DNA of 64,000 nucleotides from Botryllus schlosseri. Taxonomy: Eukaryota. The position numbers and the translations under genes are program-made. Shown in pieces: positions 13,301 to 26,514 of this stretch. Positions within the stretch are counted from its first letter, which is position 1, and the number at the start of each line of letters is the position of its first letter. The DNA lies in assembly GCA_051294905.1 (NCBI GenBank), contig CM119385.1, positions 8,494,001 to 8,558,000 on the forward strand. Reading direction: 5' to 3'. The notes beneath the pieces were generated by a model. The model was not told where the DNA came from, made no database searches, and saw only the letters and a list, made by a program, of their open reading frames with translations.

Positions 13301-16300
13301 ATGTATGTTCACCTGTATGAACTAAGATGGCCAGTAATCAAGTACTTCTACGATTCCGAAATACTAGAAATAGGTTTTTCCTTCTTTCACAATTTTTTCA
13401 AGTTCCTATGTTTTGCACTATTTCCACTTTTACTTTACATTTTTTTAGATAAAACTATATACTTTTCAGACTTCCTATTTTGTAGCAAGTATTGCATCCT
13501 TTTATCACTGAAATCGTCGTAACAACTTGGCAAAATAACCCTTTTATCTAGGGTTGCATCTAAAACTAATGGTGCTTTAAAATACTTTTAATAAATGCCT
13601 TTAATTTTTTTAATGCTGTATATTATGCCAAAACTGTGTAAATACTTTCGAAAAACATGTAGTATGAGCCTGCAGTCGATTTGCACCCGATATGGTCGAC
13701 ATATACTAAATTTCAACCCTCGAAATTGTCGCCTGTTCAACAGTAATAGCCTGTTGTATAATTGTAGATCATTGGTGTACGGAAAGGATGGTCTGATGAT
13801 GATGATGAGAGCCGGCGGTAAAAATGCTGCATAACGATGTAGACCTGGTCAATGATATTTTTGGGCCCGTTTAAGCATCAACTCTTTGACAAAAATGACC
13901 AGCCAGTGAATCAAGCCGTTTCACCTGTATCCTCTTTTCCTTCCGCTCCAGACGCAGAAACTTGGTCTGCAATGTATGCAGTTCCGCACGCTGCTGCGTA
14001 TCGGCGAGGGATATGATGGTCCCTCTCCGCCCTCCGGGCGGCATGCTGGTGGCGTGCATCTGCGTGTCCATCTCTTTGAGTTGCTGTGTACATTGACGTT
14101 ATGAAGGTATATTTGCGAATCCACGACTTTGAACTGTATGCAATACCTTCGTATTCAGTTTCTTAAGGCTGGGATCAGGTGCCACGTCGACTTGAACGCC
14201 GTACGCTTTGAACGTGATGCTTTGCGTCTCGAAGAAATCCAAGTATTCCTCGGTCATTTTCGGGATTGATATGATTCGACTGTGCTTGAACTCTGGCCTC
14301 AACGTCCCCTGGAAATAGTCATCAACAGAGGTGGTCACTGGTCAGTAACGAAGTACTTCTACTTTTACGGCGCATTCAAGAAGATTTCACCTATCATTTC
14401 ACTGTACTTACTCAGTGCGATTATGGTTAAAAACTGATTCCGATTATTCTTAAACGTTTTTAGTTTTATAGGAAAAACTAGGCATAAAATACGACCTTGA
14501 GCACCTCTGTTCATCAGTCACGAGACGGGCCGGCGATGAATTCTCTTGCCTATAGTTCACATTTTACAATATGCAGATTGATGATTTTAGAAATAACATG
14601 TCTTCGTTTATATGGCGTCACAATGTAAGGCTTAAATGCGTATTTTTGTCTGTGATCCTCTCAGGTTCTCGACTAACACGCATTTCTGCTACCACCTTTT
14701 TCATAAGTGATAGCAAATTCGTACGCAGGCCATACAGTTGTTGGAATGCATGTTGATAATTCCCATCTATATTGTGTAATTCTATTGTCACGCGGTTTCT
14801 TCGTTATGACTACGCATAGTTACCGGTACAGCCGACTTCATCTGTCATTGTTTTAAAAATCCCATTGTTACGTCATAAGTTGCCAAATTTGTTGTCACTT
14901 CAATCTCTGTATATACTTTATATACTTATTATTGTGCCGTTAACTCTTTGATAAAGGGCACGCGAAAAATGTTCGGGTTAAATAAACCATACTGCTGCAA
15001 GGAATGGAGTCTTGAAAGTAATATTCAACATCAATATTGCATTTCGCCAAATTACCTTTATGACTTCTGTCGTTGTGGGTTCCTGATCATTCAGGAACTT
15101 GTACTTCACGTATATTCCGTTTGTAAATCTGGAGTTGTCAATAGATGTGGAACGAACAGACACCTGCGTGCGGATAAAATGATCGGATCAGATATCTCAT
15201 CAATTGTATTGTCGAATCGCTATACAGACCTTGAAATAATACGGCGATCCAAGTAACTCATGGGGGTCTTCAACAAAGTTTTCCTCCTCGAGAAGGGGTT
15301 TTCCTTTGGGGTTGCATGGCGATATTACTATATTCATTTTCCCTTCCTCTTCACCCTAAATAGGAAATCAATGGAAATGAATATTAGAAAATGGAAGGTT
15401 AGAATGAGTTGTGTAATTTCGCTATATAGCTTAAGCGGCAATGGCGGCTTACTGGAAAGAGGTTCGGTTCGTGACTAATCTGCATTTGTAACGCATAGGT
15501 AAAGCTAAAACATGGCAGAGTCACGACAACATTTTTGTCTTATTTGTAACATACGGCGAAGCCTCGCATTTCTGAACTGGTCTCTAAAATGCAACAGCAG
15601 AAGTGATTTCCAATAAAAAAATATGTTCATTATGTTTTCGTTCTTTTATCCTTCTTTTGATACGCACTTCATATTGTGCACCAGTAATCTATAGTAATGC
15701 ATAAGGTGTGTAGAGAGATGTGTGATATGATGGATTTTAGTTTTTGTCACTCAAGCGAAAATTTGGGGTTACCCAAGAGCTTGGAGATTTTCGTAAGAGT
15801 ACCTCAGGTTGTTAAAGATGAAGAGCCACTTATATAGATTATATGATATGTTGGCACCCAGTGGTGGCTATTGGGGTGGGCGAGGTGGGCGGTCGCCCGG
15901 GGTCCCCCCTGGTCGAAGGGCCCCCCTCTTTGGTTCATGCGCTTTTTTCAGGGATTATAGCAAAAAAAAACATGGAAATCCGTGTACCAAGCAAGAATAT
16001 GATTCCGTACAGATGTGTCAATCATCATCAAATCTCTGCATTTGTTAGAAAAGTCCCGTATCCCTATAATCAGCACGTCTCTGCATGCGGTAGAATTACT
16101 TAGTTTTGATGTAGTCTATCCTTGCACACATGCAATAATAGATATATCCGAATCCAGCATCTGGGCAAACCTTGACGCGGTGAAAGATAGCTAATTATAA
16201 CATATGCGGGAGGGGGGTCTGGGGGGCGGAGACCCCCAGAAGTTACGGTTAGATACTTATAGCCCCCCCCCCCCCCCCGGTAAGTCTCGCCCGGGGCCCC

Positions 16301-19300
16301 CCCGTTTACAGGGCCACCACTGTTGGCACCCAACAGTATACCACTGGGAACATACATGGACGAAATGGTAACTGCTTACTTTGTAGTCAGTGATAGGCAA
16401 TCTATCATCAAAATCCAGCGCGTACGATAGTGATTGCAAGAATGTGTTTGACGACCCAATCAAGTAATCCTGAGGGGGATCAAAGAACGGGTCCTCTTCT
16501 TTCTTCATTGTTTTGTAAGAATCATCGCCGTCGACGAACTTTTGGTAAAGTTCCTAAATCATATTACGGTAGATGTCAGCATGCTATGCGATCGACGGTT
16601 AGCGACTACTAAATCTGTTGTACTTGTATCATGTATCTTCTGTTGATAAACTGTCCTCTTTCCCACATCCACACGTTCTTGTTGAGGAGATTAGTAACAC
16701 GGACCATCACCCTGAAACCAAACCACAAAGTGAACTCGAATGCAACATAGAATTCGCGTATAATAACAACAAATCTTTTATTGACAACAACATACCTCGT
16801 TTCCTTGTCGTCCGGGTCAGATATCAGTACCAACTCGAACTGCCGGTATTTGTTCAATTCTTCCGAAACCGCATTGACCTCTCCTATCATGGGAAGGAGT
16901 TCGAGGACTTGCTCCTGTGCTTTTTGTTGATCTGTAATAAATTCTCTCGAAATGTCATTCTGATTAATAGTCATCGGCCATCGCTCACCGATGAGCCATA
17001 GACGGAAAATTGTTTGTTTTGGACGCTCCGAATTATGTCTCGAATTGCACCGCCAATCAAAGTCATATCTAATAATTGTAACTTTGTTGTTGTTACGTGT
17101 TAAGGAATTATGCGGCGGTTGTATACCGCAATAAACTGTGGTGATTTAAACATCATGGAGTTGCGTAAGTAAGCTGTATAACGTCAAACATCAAACTGTA
17201 GTGAAAACGCTTCATACCTTTCGAAAGCCCACTCTGCAGAGTCGAAAAACCGCTGTTCTCGGCCAATTCCTTCTGGGCGAAGTCCCAGTCGATCGTTTCC
17301 GGGACACCCTCGGCCAATTTTTTGTTGAGCGGATTCACGAAAACGTAGAGGTGATTTGAGCCTACACAAGGAAAAAGTATTGGTTAATCATCACAGTATA
17401 TGTTTCATGGGTAAATGGTTGAAATTTGAAGTAAGAACTGGCTACAATCAGTATGCCTGACTTGAAATGACAAAATTGTTTGAAATCATCGACCAGAGCT
17501 ATCTATGCATGAGACATCCATAGGCCTATACAAAGGACCTAGTATTGATGAAGCTTTCACTGGAATGATTTGAGCTCCGAAGCTTCAATTCGTAACATGA
17601 CATTCGAAAAGAGGGTGCAAAGTATACTATCTAAAAATATTTCATTGATAGGAGAGGTTATTATGGTCTGTATCATCAAGGTGTCTTGAAAACAAAGACA
17701 TATATGGAGTTAGAACCATCATTTTTCATCATCGTGCAATCCCAGAGTATATACCCCACTCCACCTGATCGTAAACTTGAAGTAAGCCATGATGCCCTTA
17801 CCGAAAATAATTCTGTCGTTGTGATCCAATTTTCTTTCGCCGGTGAGAGGAGTGCCATTCACTTTCGTTTTTGCGCCTGGACTGCCAGGTTTGATCACAA
17901 GTCCATCGTCCTCGTATGACAACGTCGCGTGTTCTTTTTGGATGCTATGAACGAAGGATGGCTTGCATTTCATTTCAAGGCCGATAGATATAATTTCAGA
18001 TAACAATGTGTCCCCAGAGAATTGTCTTTATGATGCATGGCATCAAGCGGGGTTTCTTTCGCGTGCTGCTGTCCATCATTTCAATTTTTAGCACGACTTC
18101 CTGACAGTACCCTTTACGCATATTTCTCACGAAAAGTCATATTATCGGTGTCCACATGGCATACGCAATCACCAAATTAAACCGCTTTCTAAAATAAATA
18201 AGAACTTTAGAAACTGACATTATGTATGGTAAGGTATCTCCAAGTGAACATCATAATTCTTAAAATATAATCAATGTCGTATTGAGGAGTTGAGCGAATG
18301 CTTAGGCTACTTGATCCGTCCGAATTATGAATTATTAGTTACCTTAACCCTGTTAGAATAATATCGGGTTTGGGATCCGCGTCTTTACGTCCTACGAGAG
18401 TGGGCTTCTGTTGCGAGAGTCCGTGAATTATGACTCCCGAAAGCATCGGGTCCTCGTTCAAGTTAACGAGATGGGGAACCGCCCTTCGCTTCTCTTTTTG
18501 CTTTTGTTCTTGTATAGCTCCCTGTTCTTCTTGTCGCGCCTGTAAAATTAGCGGTTGTGGTGGGTCGGGATATAGTTGCGTGCGTACTATTCAATTCACT
18601 TGCTTTGCAAACGCGAAAATAAACATTTTCAATTTCCAATCCAGGTAGTATTACTTATTGTAAAACACATCTCATTTGCAACACGCCAGCTTTTTGTTTT
18701 AAAGGGGGAAGGGAAGTGTGCTACTTGTTCTAAGTATTTACTTGATGTCTATGTTTATCATGGTATGTTTACGAAGAAGCAGGAGATAGCAGGAGACATA
18801 GTATAATCTACGAAGTGACTCAGCTTATTTGAATACAAAGTCATTGCATTGTGCGAATATATGGAAATGAATGCATTAGCGAGCCATGGCATTTTAACTA
18901 ACCTCCGCCAGTTTTTGATCCCAGTTCATGCCTTCCAAATCAGCTTGGTTAGCTACGAGCTGAGCTCGGATTTCTTCTTCCATCTGTTTCTTCATCTTTT
19001 CAATCTCTAAATAACACAAATCAGATGCTGGGTAATTCATATTTAGGCAGCGATTTCTGGGCTAAGACAAGCGTGCTCTTAAAATAGCCCACGGGCCATC
19101 ATATCTAAATAAGTATGTAGCCGAGTCTGGCCATGGTGTGTCAGCCGCCCTAAAAATTCTGGAAAAGAACATAGCATACCGCAGAAGCTGCAACGAAAAT
19201 AACACCCGGAAATGCCAGTGTTCGTCATTGATGCCACCAGGCCAGTAACCAGCACTGGGGAATTCGTAATGTTTGTCTTACCTTCTGGGCTCATTCCTTT

Positions 19301-22300
19301 CTGACTGACCACTACCCCTGTCGTCAAGGACTTTTTCAATCTTTCATTCTCATCACGGAGTTCGCGAATCAACTTATCGATCGGGTTTTCGTTGATGACG
19401 GCCTTGTTCTTGATCTTTTTCGCGCGGTCCGCGTATCTGCATCATATAACTTCAGTAAGCTCAATAACGTGAACATATTTGATCCCACATCCAGGGGATT
19501 ATGTAATATCGCTAATATAACTTTTTCGCCCTGAAAATTTATCTTTCTACGCGTATTCATGCCTAGAAAACTTTTGAGTCAACTTGTGATTATTGACTTC
19601 ATTTAGGCCTACCATATTTGCACTACCAAGAAGAGGACATTTTTGTTGGCCAGAAAAAATAGAATTGTTACGTTCGTTTCGGTTTATTAGCAATTTTATC
19701 AGTTCAATATACCACAAAAATTGCGATACAATGAAAAGATAGGAAGGTGTCGCAACGACTTGTAGTAGTCTTTGAAATCAGACACCCACCTTGGCCTAAG
19801 CATTGTAAAGAGGAGGCATGCACACTGAATGAAAAGTAAAAGAAGATAATATAGAAAAGCAAGCGACAAAAATTAGGTGGCATGTCACAGAAGGCGAGAA
19901 CGATAGGTCAGGTCGTAGTACGTTTAAGATTGATGATGTTTTGTATTACCTTTGCATAGTTGCAGGCAACAGTTACAAAAACAGACACAAAAACAACATA
20001 TCAAACATATTTTTCAGATTGAGCTTTCCAATACTTTGCGGCTCAATGATCATTTTTAAAGAGTTCGTGAAATTGATTACACGAAATATCATCGAAATTA
20101 TGTATAGCCACCAGGATGCTCGAAACTGATCCAACTGATGGGTCTGTTAAGTTCGAACTTGTTGCATAACAATCGCGAAAGATCCTCGAATGTAAAAAAG
20201 GGCAGATGTTACAAAGGACGTCGAATAACGCTAGCAATAACTATCATCAAGAAGGTACGGTTAGTGGGGAAATTTGTTGGAAAACCTTCTTTAAACCAGC
20301 AATTCAGAAGGTTTCATGACTACAGTAAATTTTTGGAAATAAATAAAGCGTCTCGCCTAAAATTACTGTTGAAAGTATAAGGAATTAACTCGAAATGCGA
20401 AAGAAGCGAACATTTGAGCGTTCTCGGGACCATTCACTTTTCTTGCAAAAAGAGGACAAATCCTCCTAAAAGAGGACATAAGGTAGGCTTACTTCATTGC
20501 TCAGTGGGGTATTTCGCAACTATACTACTAGAGAGCTAGAAAGATTGACATAAATAATTACCTCAAAGTGCTCAATGTCTCGTCATAGTTGATGTCTGCC
20601 GGAGACAATGCCGCAATCATAATCGTCTTCGAGTTACCTCCCAGCGCGTTCATCAGCAATTTTGTCAGTACCGAATCTCGATACGGCACCAAAACCTTCT
20701 TTTTACCCATAGACTGGTCTGCTAAAGCCTGGATGAGATATCTTCTTGTGACGGGTGTACCGGATTACGCAGATTGCAGATGATCATACTTACCGATATG
20801 ACATTACCAAGCGCTGATAGAGACTTGTTAATATTTGCGCCTTCTTTCAGACGATCGCCGGTGGCTCCAGTACTGTCAGCTCTTTCGGAACCTGGAATGT
20901 TTGGTCAAGTTGGTTTGTCAAAAGACATGAAATATTTTTCCGATAAGATGTATGTATGTATGTATTAATGCGCACAACACAGTGGAGCTTATCGCCTTTT
21001 TAGGCCTTGTGCTCCACGACACGAGTTCTTTGGTTTTTGTAATCTTGGGAACGTCCTTCAATTTCTCTCGCAGTCATTCTTCATTCACTGTCGCTCCCAT
21101 GCGTCCCCATCGTGGTCATTGCTGCCGACTTGTAGCACGGCTCACTTTCCTTCTGAGCTTTTCAGTGCACTACCGTAGCAGTGAGGTCGGCGATGAGGAG
21201 CCCAGAGAAACCTCCGACACATAGAAGTTGGTCAGAACCGAGATTCGAACCAACGTCCATTGGTGTCGTGACCCTAGTGTTTAACCAACTGCGCCACTCG
21301 CAGTTCCGATAAGATATTACTTTCATCAACTCGATTCTGTTTTGTTATGAGTGCGTAGAAGTTGAAAGCCAAGTGCAGTATTACATCCGTTTTCCGGAGT
21401 AAACTTAAATGTGGATACACCATATTTTCAGTTAACTTTATAGTCACATTCACACGCAAACCGTTGGTGCAGTGTTAGATAGATGGTAAGTATGTCGTCA
21501 CCCACGACATCAGATCATGAATGCCACAATCATCCATGTGGAAATGACTTGAAAGTGAGACCCGGATCCGCATATTGAAGCCGCAACAGCATATGTCACC
21601 ACTTCACGCCAGGCTTGTCACTGGCCGTCACAGTCTCGACGGACTCACCTGCTAGATCGACCAGGTTGATGCTGGAGCTTTTCTTTGTTTCTTGACCCGA
21701 TTCATTCTTTGTGATTTGATCGAAAGTGATTGTGACTACAGTGTGAGCGCGCGAACTGGTCGCGTTCATGTTCGTGGAAGCCACAGTTCGGTTATTGGTA
21801 CCTGGATACAGTACAGGAGTTTAACATATAACTGTGGATGTCAATGCAGAATCAATAGAAGGCAGTAATAGTAACCAGTTGTCAGAGTTAAACAGAAGAA
21901 ATCCGTATACTTAGATATGCACCAGTAAACTCAGGTTAGTGGAAGTCTATACCCGGGGCGTGTAGAGGTCGATTCAAAGTAGAATTTTCACACACAACGA
22001 TATTGGAGATTTATATACGATTCCACATCTGGAATTCATTTCGTATCATGCCCGAATCCCAGTCGATAATCGACAATGACAGAAATCACGCCAAAGTTAT
22101 GAGAAAATTGTAAATTATTACAAAATCCAAGTTCAAGTCTTGATCCTGTTCCGACTGTAAGCCGACCAAAATCTTCAAATCGTTTTTTAAAATTCAAATC
22201 CATTTTCAGTTGCTCAAAACATCGGATGCCTCATGCCTCACGTCTCTGGTTGTTGTTAGTGACTTAAGTGGGACATCTAGTGATAGTCGAAGAGCTTCTT

Positions 22301-25300
22301 GGTTGGAGGTACAGAACGTCAATATACAATTGAATAGTATATTCATATTGAAATGAACCCGAATATTCTCGGTGACACACTTCAGGGGTAATCGTCAGCA
22401 ACTAGTAGAGAATAATATGGGAGAACATTGTCTATGAACAATCGTATCACAAAATAGGACGTCACCGGCATGAAATTTCGAATAATCGGGGCGGAGAGAG
22501 CGCTTGCTCAATGCAATGTTCTTAGATGGTACACAAACTCCTTCTGTAGGCACAGACTTGGTTGGCGTATTTTGATAAAAGTCGACTCCAAGGCACCCAA
22601 ATGAAAGTGTGAACGGCCTCTCAAACACGGAATGTGTCGTCCCGATGATTTTTCGCACAAACAGGATTATCCAAAAAGTGTTTGCCAATGGCAAAATTTA
22701 TTCCATTAGTGAGATTCGTGAATTGTGGGAATGGGAGAGTGACTTGCCTTCTTCCATTCTCCGTTCAATTTCCTTATAACTCCCGACAGCGACCTTCTTC
22801 TGTCCATCTGCGTAAAACAGGCCCAGTTTCGGATTCTGTCGGACCGGCAATCCGCCCTTCGGATTATCCTTGGTCAAAAGATCTCGGACTTGTTCGTTGT
22901 AGATTTCCAACATGGAAAAGGTCACTTCGTGTTTCTGAGAATTCGTAGCATAAACATCAGTGGTGCGTGTCTATCAAAATGGCACAACGGCACTCACGAC
23001 ATTGTCCGGCGCTCTGTCGATGGCTTTGAATAATTCATCGCACGTTATCGGGACAATACCTCTGGAAAACACGACGCATAGTAACAAATGTTTGTATGCT
23101 ACTGTTATGGTAACCCAGGGAATTCCCCGATTAGGTGTGTTGTGTACGGTACACGGCACATAAACTTTGACGTACGCATCGAAGGTCACTGACTAATGTC
23201 TTTGATGCCGATGGAGGATGTGTGGTTCGTGCGAATGGCGATGCAAATACGGCTTTCTCGTAAATTATTCGCGACACCCGGTGTTTTTCATTCTAGGTCA
23301 GTCGTGACTGCCAACTTTTATAATTTACGTAACAATTGAACATACACATCACAGGTAGTATCCTACATCTCGGTAATGGGATATTATCCCATAGCGTAGA
23401 TTTATTTGAAGGCATGGGTATTGGGCATTGGACATTGGACAATCAAGCGATCTTCATCTTGTCCCAGTGTACTTGACCTACGAGTTAAGGGAGTCACATA
23501 TATTTCTTGTATGGACTAGTCATTAAGGAATCTAATGCATTTTCTTGAAAATGTAATTGTATTTGCTTCAAAATGAGCATGAGCAACCATCGAAAATTTC
23601 TTTACCTGTTCTTGCCATATCCCACCATGGAATAAGATTTACCAGATCCCGTCTGCCCGTACGCAAACAAGGAGCAGTTATATCCTGGAATTATACGAAA
23701 AACAATGGTGTTTGTTGATGCAACAGAAAAGCGTCAAAATGCAAGCGATATTTACCTTCAAAGGCGTTGTCGAGGACTCCTTGTCCAAGATCGTCAAACA
23801 CACGTCTCTGCGTCGCATACTTGTCGTTGTCGGCCACTAAGACACCGTCATCATCGTGGAAGCCGTCGTGTGACCTGAATCAACAGAAAAATTAATATTA
23901 TCGATTTCAATAGTGTGAATCGTGTCAATCTAGTCGCGGACGAAATATGGGTGAAAAACCATGACATTCATTTGAACTGCGAAATGGTACGCCATATGTT
24001 TTTGATTATCCAATCGTAGACGCGACAGGAGACGCGATTGAAAGGGGGTTGTAATGTGAACTGTTATGCCTCTATTTCTTTTCATATAATTCATAGGTTC
24101 GCGTTCAACAATTAACAATACACTGTGGAGGATCTTGGGAAATATTATAATTCCGCACTATTTTCCGCCGGATTTAGCTCAAAATATCACGCAACTGTGG
24201 TTGTAAATAAGAAATTGGCTACGTCCTCAGCCCCGAAACGTGCGAGAGCGAGTTCATAAGCCTGTCTTCCTGCTTAATAGCAGAATGCGCTAGGCCTGAT
24301 ACAAACGCAAATGATATTTGGGTCCAGTGGTTCAAAAGCAGTGTAATATTTATAGACTTACAGTGATACATATTTTACCATTACGTAAGCATCCTAGATT
24401 TTGAGATATAACAAAGTGACATAAAGCAACTCACCAGTAGGAATAATCGAATGCAAACTGCAAAAAAAAAACAGTTTAAGATTTTATGTCCCGCAACTAT
24501 ACATCATTACTGCCATCTAACCAACGGCTCATCGGTATAATCGTTTAAAACTCTGGTTCTTTTATTGCACGATGTACACCAGGGGTGTCAAACCCAACTT
24601 GGGTCGCCGTTGGATTCAAACATTTTGATTGCTCGGGGTTCGGAGTCGGAGCAGTCATATGATTCCAAAATATTACTTCCAAATCCACACCTTAGTGTCT
24701 CACTGGAGCGCTGTATCATCGAAGCTATACATAATAGTCTTGTACATTATATTACCGATCACGCTAGCAACACCGTTATTCGCAATCGACGGGATTGGCA
24801 AAAAAAGAGATGATTGGCCAATTGAATACGTTTGTAAGCCAATAAAACATTGGCTCTAACGACGATATAAGTTGGCATATTGCTATGCTCTCTTTGTTTC
24901 CCTGCGTATTCGTTTTGAGGAATACAAGAGATTTAACTGTAAACACGAGTGTTGGAATTAAGTGCATTATTTTTAAATCTCTCAACACTCTTTTGTCATC
25001 ACATTGTCAATGTCACTGACGTATTCATAATTTGAGTCAAACCAAACACTGTCGTCCGATGGCTGTAATGAGGTCTATGACCATGACCATTGAACATTCT
25101 ACTTGATCGACATTTGCTGTCTTGTATGATTATTTGCGTCGGAGCATTTTTTGTTAGAAATGTGCTAGATAGTACAAGCATTTTCCTATTTACTCAGAAT
25201 TGCTTCGCGAACCGGACTAAATCGTCTGGCGGGCCGTATGTCTGACACCCCTAATGCACACACTTAACCCTAATTACAATATACATTAACTATAACTAAG

Positions 25301-26514
25301 CATAAAATACCGGGCCCTGTAATGCACACTGTCCATTGTCCTGTGGTCAAATCGTGGCGACGAAAAAAGATATCGAATATCGATGAAAATTCTAATGCTA
25401 TTGTGTTTGACTTGGGGGCGATTTCAAACAACTCTGTTCAGATTTCTCTTTCATTGATTAGACCGCGGAAGATATAGATATGTATCTCAGGTCGACCGCG
25501 TGGACAATGGACATTGTGTGAATTTATTTGTATACGTTATACAAGCAAACTATAGATTTCAGTTGAGTCATAGTTATTGGTGGTTTTCTACAGCATAAAA
25601 CAAGTACTCACTGTTTTAGGCTCTTCACCTAAAATATAATGCGTAAGTGTTGAGAACCCTTATGAAATGTGACATTACATTTGATCAGAAGCAACTAATT
25701 CCTGATCAGACATTGATACATTTGACAGCCGTTGATTGCGTCAGAAACAGCGAATTGTTGTCGAATTGGGATTGAAAGTGGTGATTGCGATTAATGCTTG
25801 GACGCCAATAATACATTCACAACTGATTGTCATGTTAGAATCACTGCACGATATAGTGCTAGAGATGACACAGGCTTTCGTTCGCTATTATGACTCACGG
25901 TCACTGACCCCGTATCAAATCTTTAGATCGTCTTATACCATACGTTATTCATAAATATGCGATTTCGGGTATCATGAATGTACTGGATTAGTACATATTC
26001 ATAGAACTTGTCGATTGCATGACGATAAAAATCGTTGAAACAGTTAAACATATAGTAATTACAAACGCCTCATAATTAACATTCGTCTCAACCGGGAGGA
26101 TATTGGCCTCTCTTTACGAGTACCGCATTTTTCGCCTACTTAGAATGGTATACGAAAAACAGAATCCACTCCACCACAGGGATGTATATCTGCATAGGAA
26201 TTGGTTCGTTTTGATTTTGTGAACATACCTTTCGGTGCTTCTGGATTAATGATAGACGTTTGACTGCCCTTCATTTGAATAATGGCCTTGGCATTTCGAT
26301 CCTTTTCTCTGAACAAAACGTAAGGCATTCAATCCAACTGCTATTATTATTATTATAACAGTATGCGTATTTATATATGACACAAACCTTTGGTTGAATG
26401 GGCGAACTCGCACCGCTACCTTAACTCTGGATATAAATAAAACAGGTTAACTCCGGATGGTATCATAGTCGGGTGACGTAAATGACAGACTCACCCCTCG
26501 CCGTCTGTCGACAT
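10348..26514 (-). CDS. KIF28: Kinesin-3 family motor, KIF28/KLP-6-like (motor domain, FHA, C2-like tail, CaaX), 27 exons, ~1028 aa
   Basis: Minus-strand exons: 26514-26495, 26426-26388, 26308-26229, 25628-25612, 24457-24435, 23874-23756, 23684-23606, 23061-22998, 22934-22748, 21801-21649, 20891-20794, 20728-20562, 19436-19282, 19006-18903, 18539-18343, 17944-17802, 17361-17218, 16931-16796, 16711-16624, 16553-16380, 15355-15230, 15163-15056, 14308-14147, 14083-13925, 13259-13131, 11339-11202, 10425-10348. Sum 3087 nt, phases consistent. Motifs: [20 protein letters not shown]-loop YGQTGSGKS, switch I NATSSRAH, switch [42 protein letters not shown] exon ending [12 protein letters not shown]. 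It ends SKTCIVM*. The last two or three tail exons are less certain and extra exons in 11340-13130 are possible. Confidence 0.92.
15859..16322 (+). mobile_element. hAT-type MITE (464 bp) in a kinesin intron
   Basis: 10-bp TIR CAGTGGTGGC...GCCACCACTG and perfect 8-bp TSD ttggcacc (15851-15858, 16323-16330). A second copy lies reversed at 48716-49146. Confidence 0.93.
19604..20490. mobile_element. hAT-type non-autonomous element (TAGG(G/C)(T/C)TACCATA / AAGAGGACA family) containing a LINE 3' fragment
   Basis: Left end TAGGCCTACCATATTTG..AAGAGGACA, right end AAGAGGACATAAGGTAGGCTT. TSD acttcatt at 19596-19603 and 20491-20498. Termini resemble 53257-53653. Confidence 0.75.
19681..19960 (-). mobile_element. 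3' end (UTR plus ORF tip) of an L2/CR1-group LINE; uninterrupted paralog of 56407-57880
   Basis: Aligns by eye with 56407-56527 joined to 57730-57880 (ggtttattagcaattttatcagttcaata...cacccaccttggcctaagc.ttgtaaagaggaggcatgcacactgaatgaa). Confidence 0.8.
20948..21301 (-). mobile_element. tRNA-derived SINE with (CATA)n tail
   Basis: Minus strand begins GCGAGTGGCGCAGTTGGTT (A box) ... GGTTCGAATCTC (B box). No pairing acceptor stem, so it is not a tRNA gene. It ends in tacatacatacatac at ~20948-20964. Confidence 0.7.
24580..25253. mobile_element. hAT (Charlie-like) MITE, 674 bp
   Basis: Termini CAGGGGTGTCAAAC ... GTCTGACACCCCTA; TSD atgtacac/atgcacac (7/8). Confidence 0.85.

Noticed and set aside
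21222-21301. tRNA gene on the minus strand
   Set aside because: A and B boxes are present, but there is no pairing acceptor stem or convincing anticodon arm, and it continues into a body with a microsatellite tail; treated as a SINE head.
25326-25520. Short inverted repeat (cacactgtccattgtcc / ggacaatggacattgtgtg) as a MITE or miRNA
   Set aside because: Only ~17 bp of imperfect pairing, no TSD, and the spacer is too long for a pre-miRNA.
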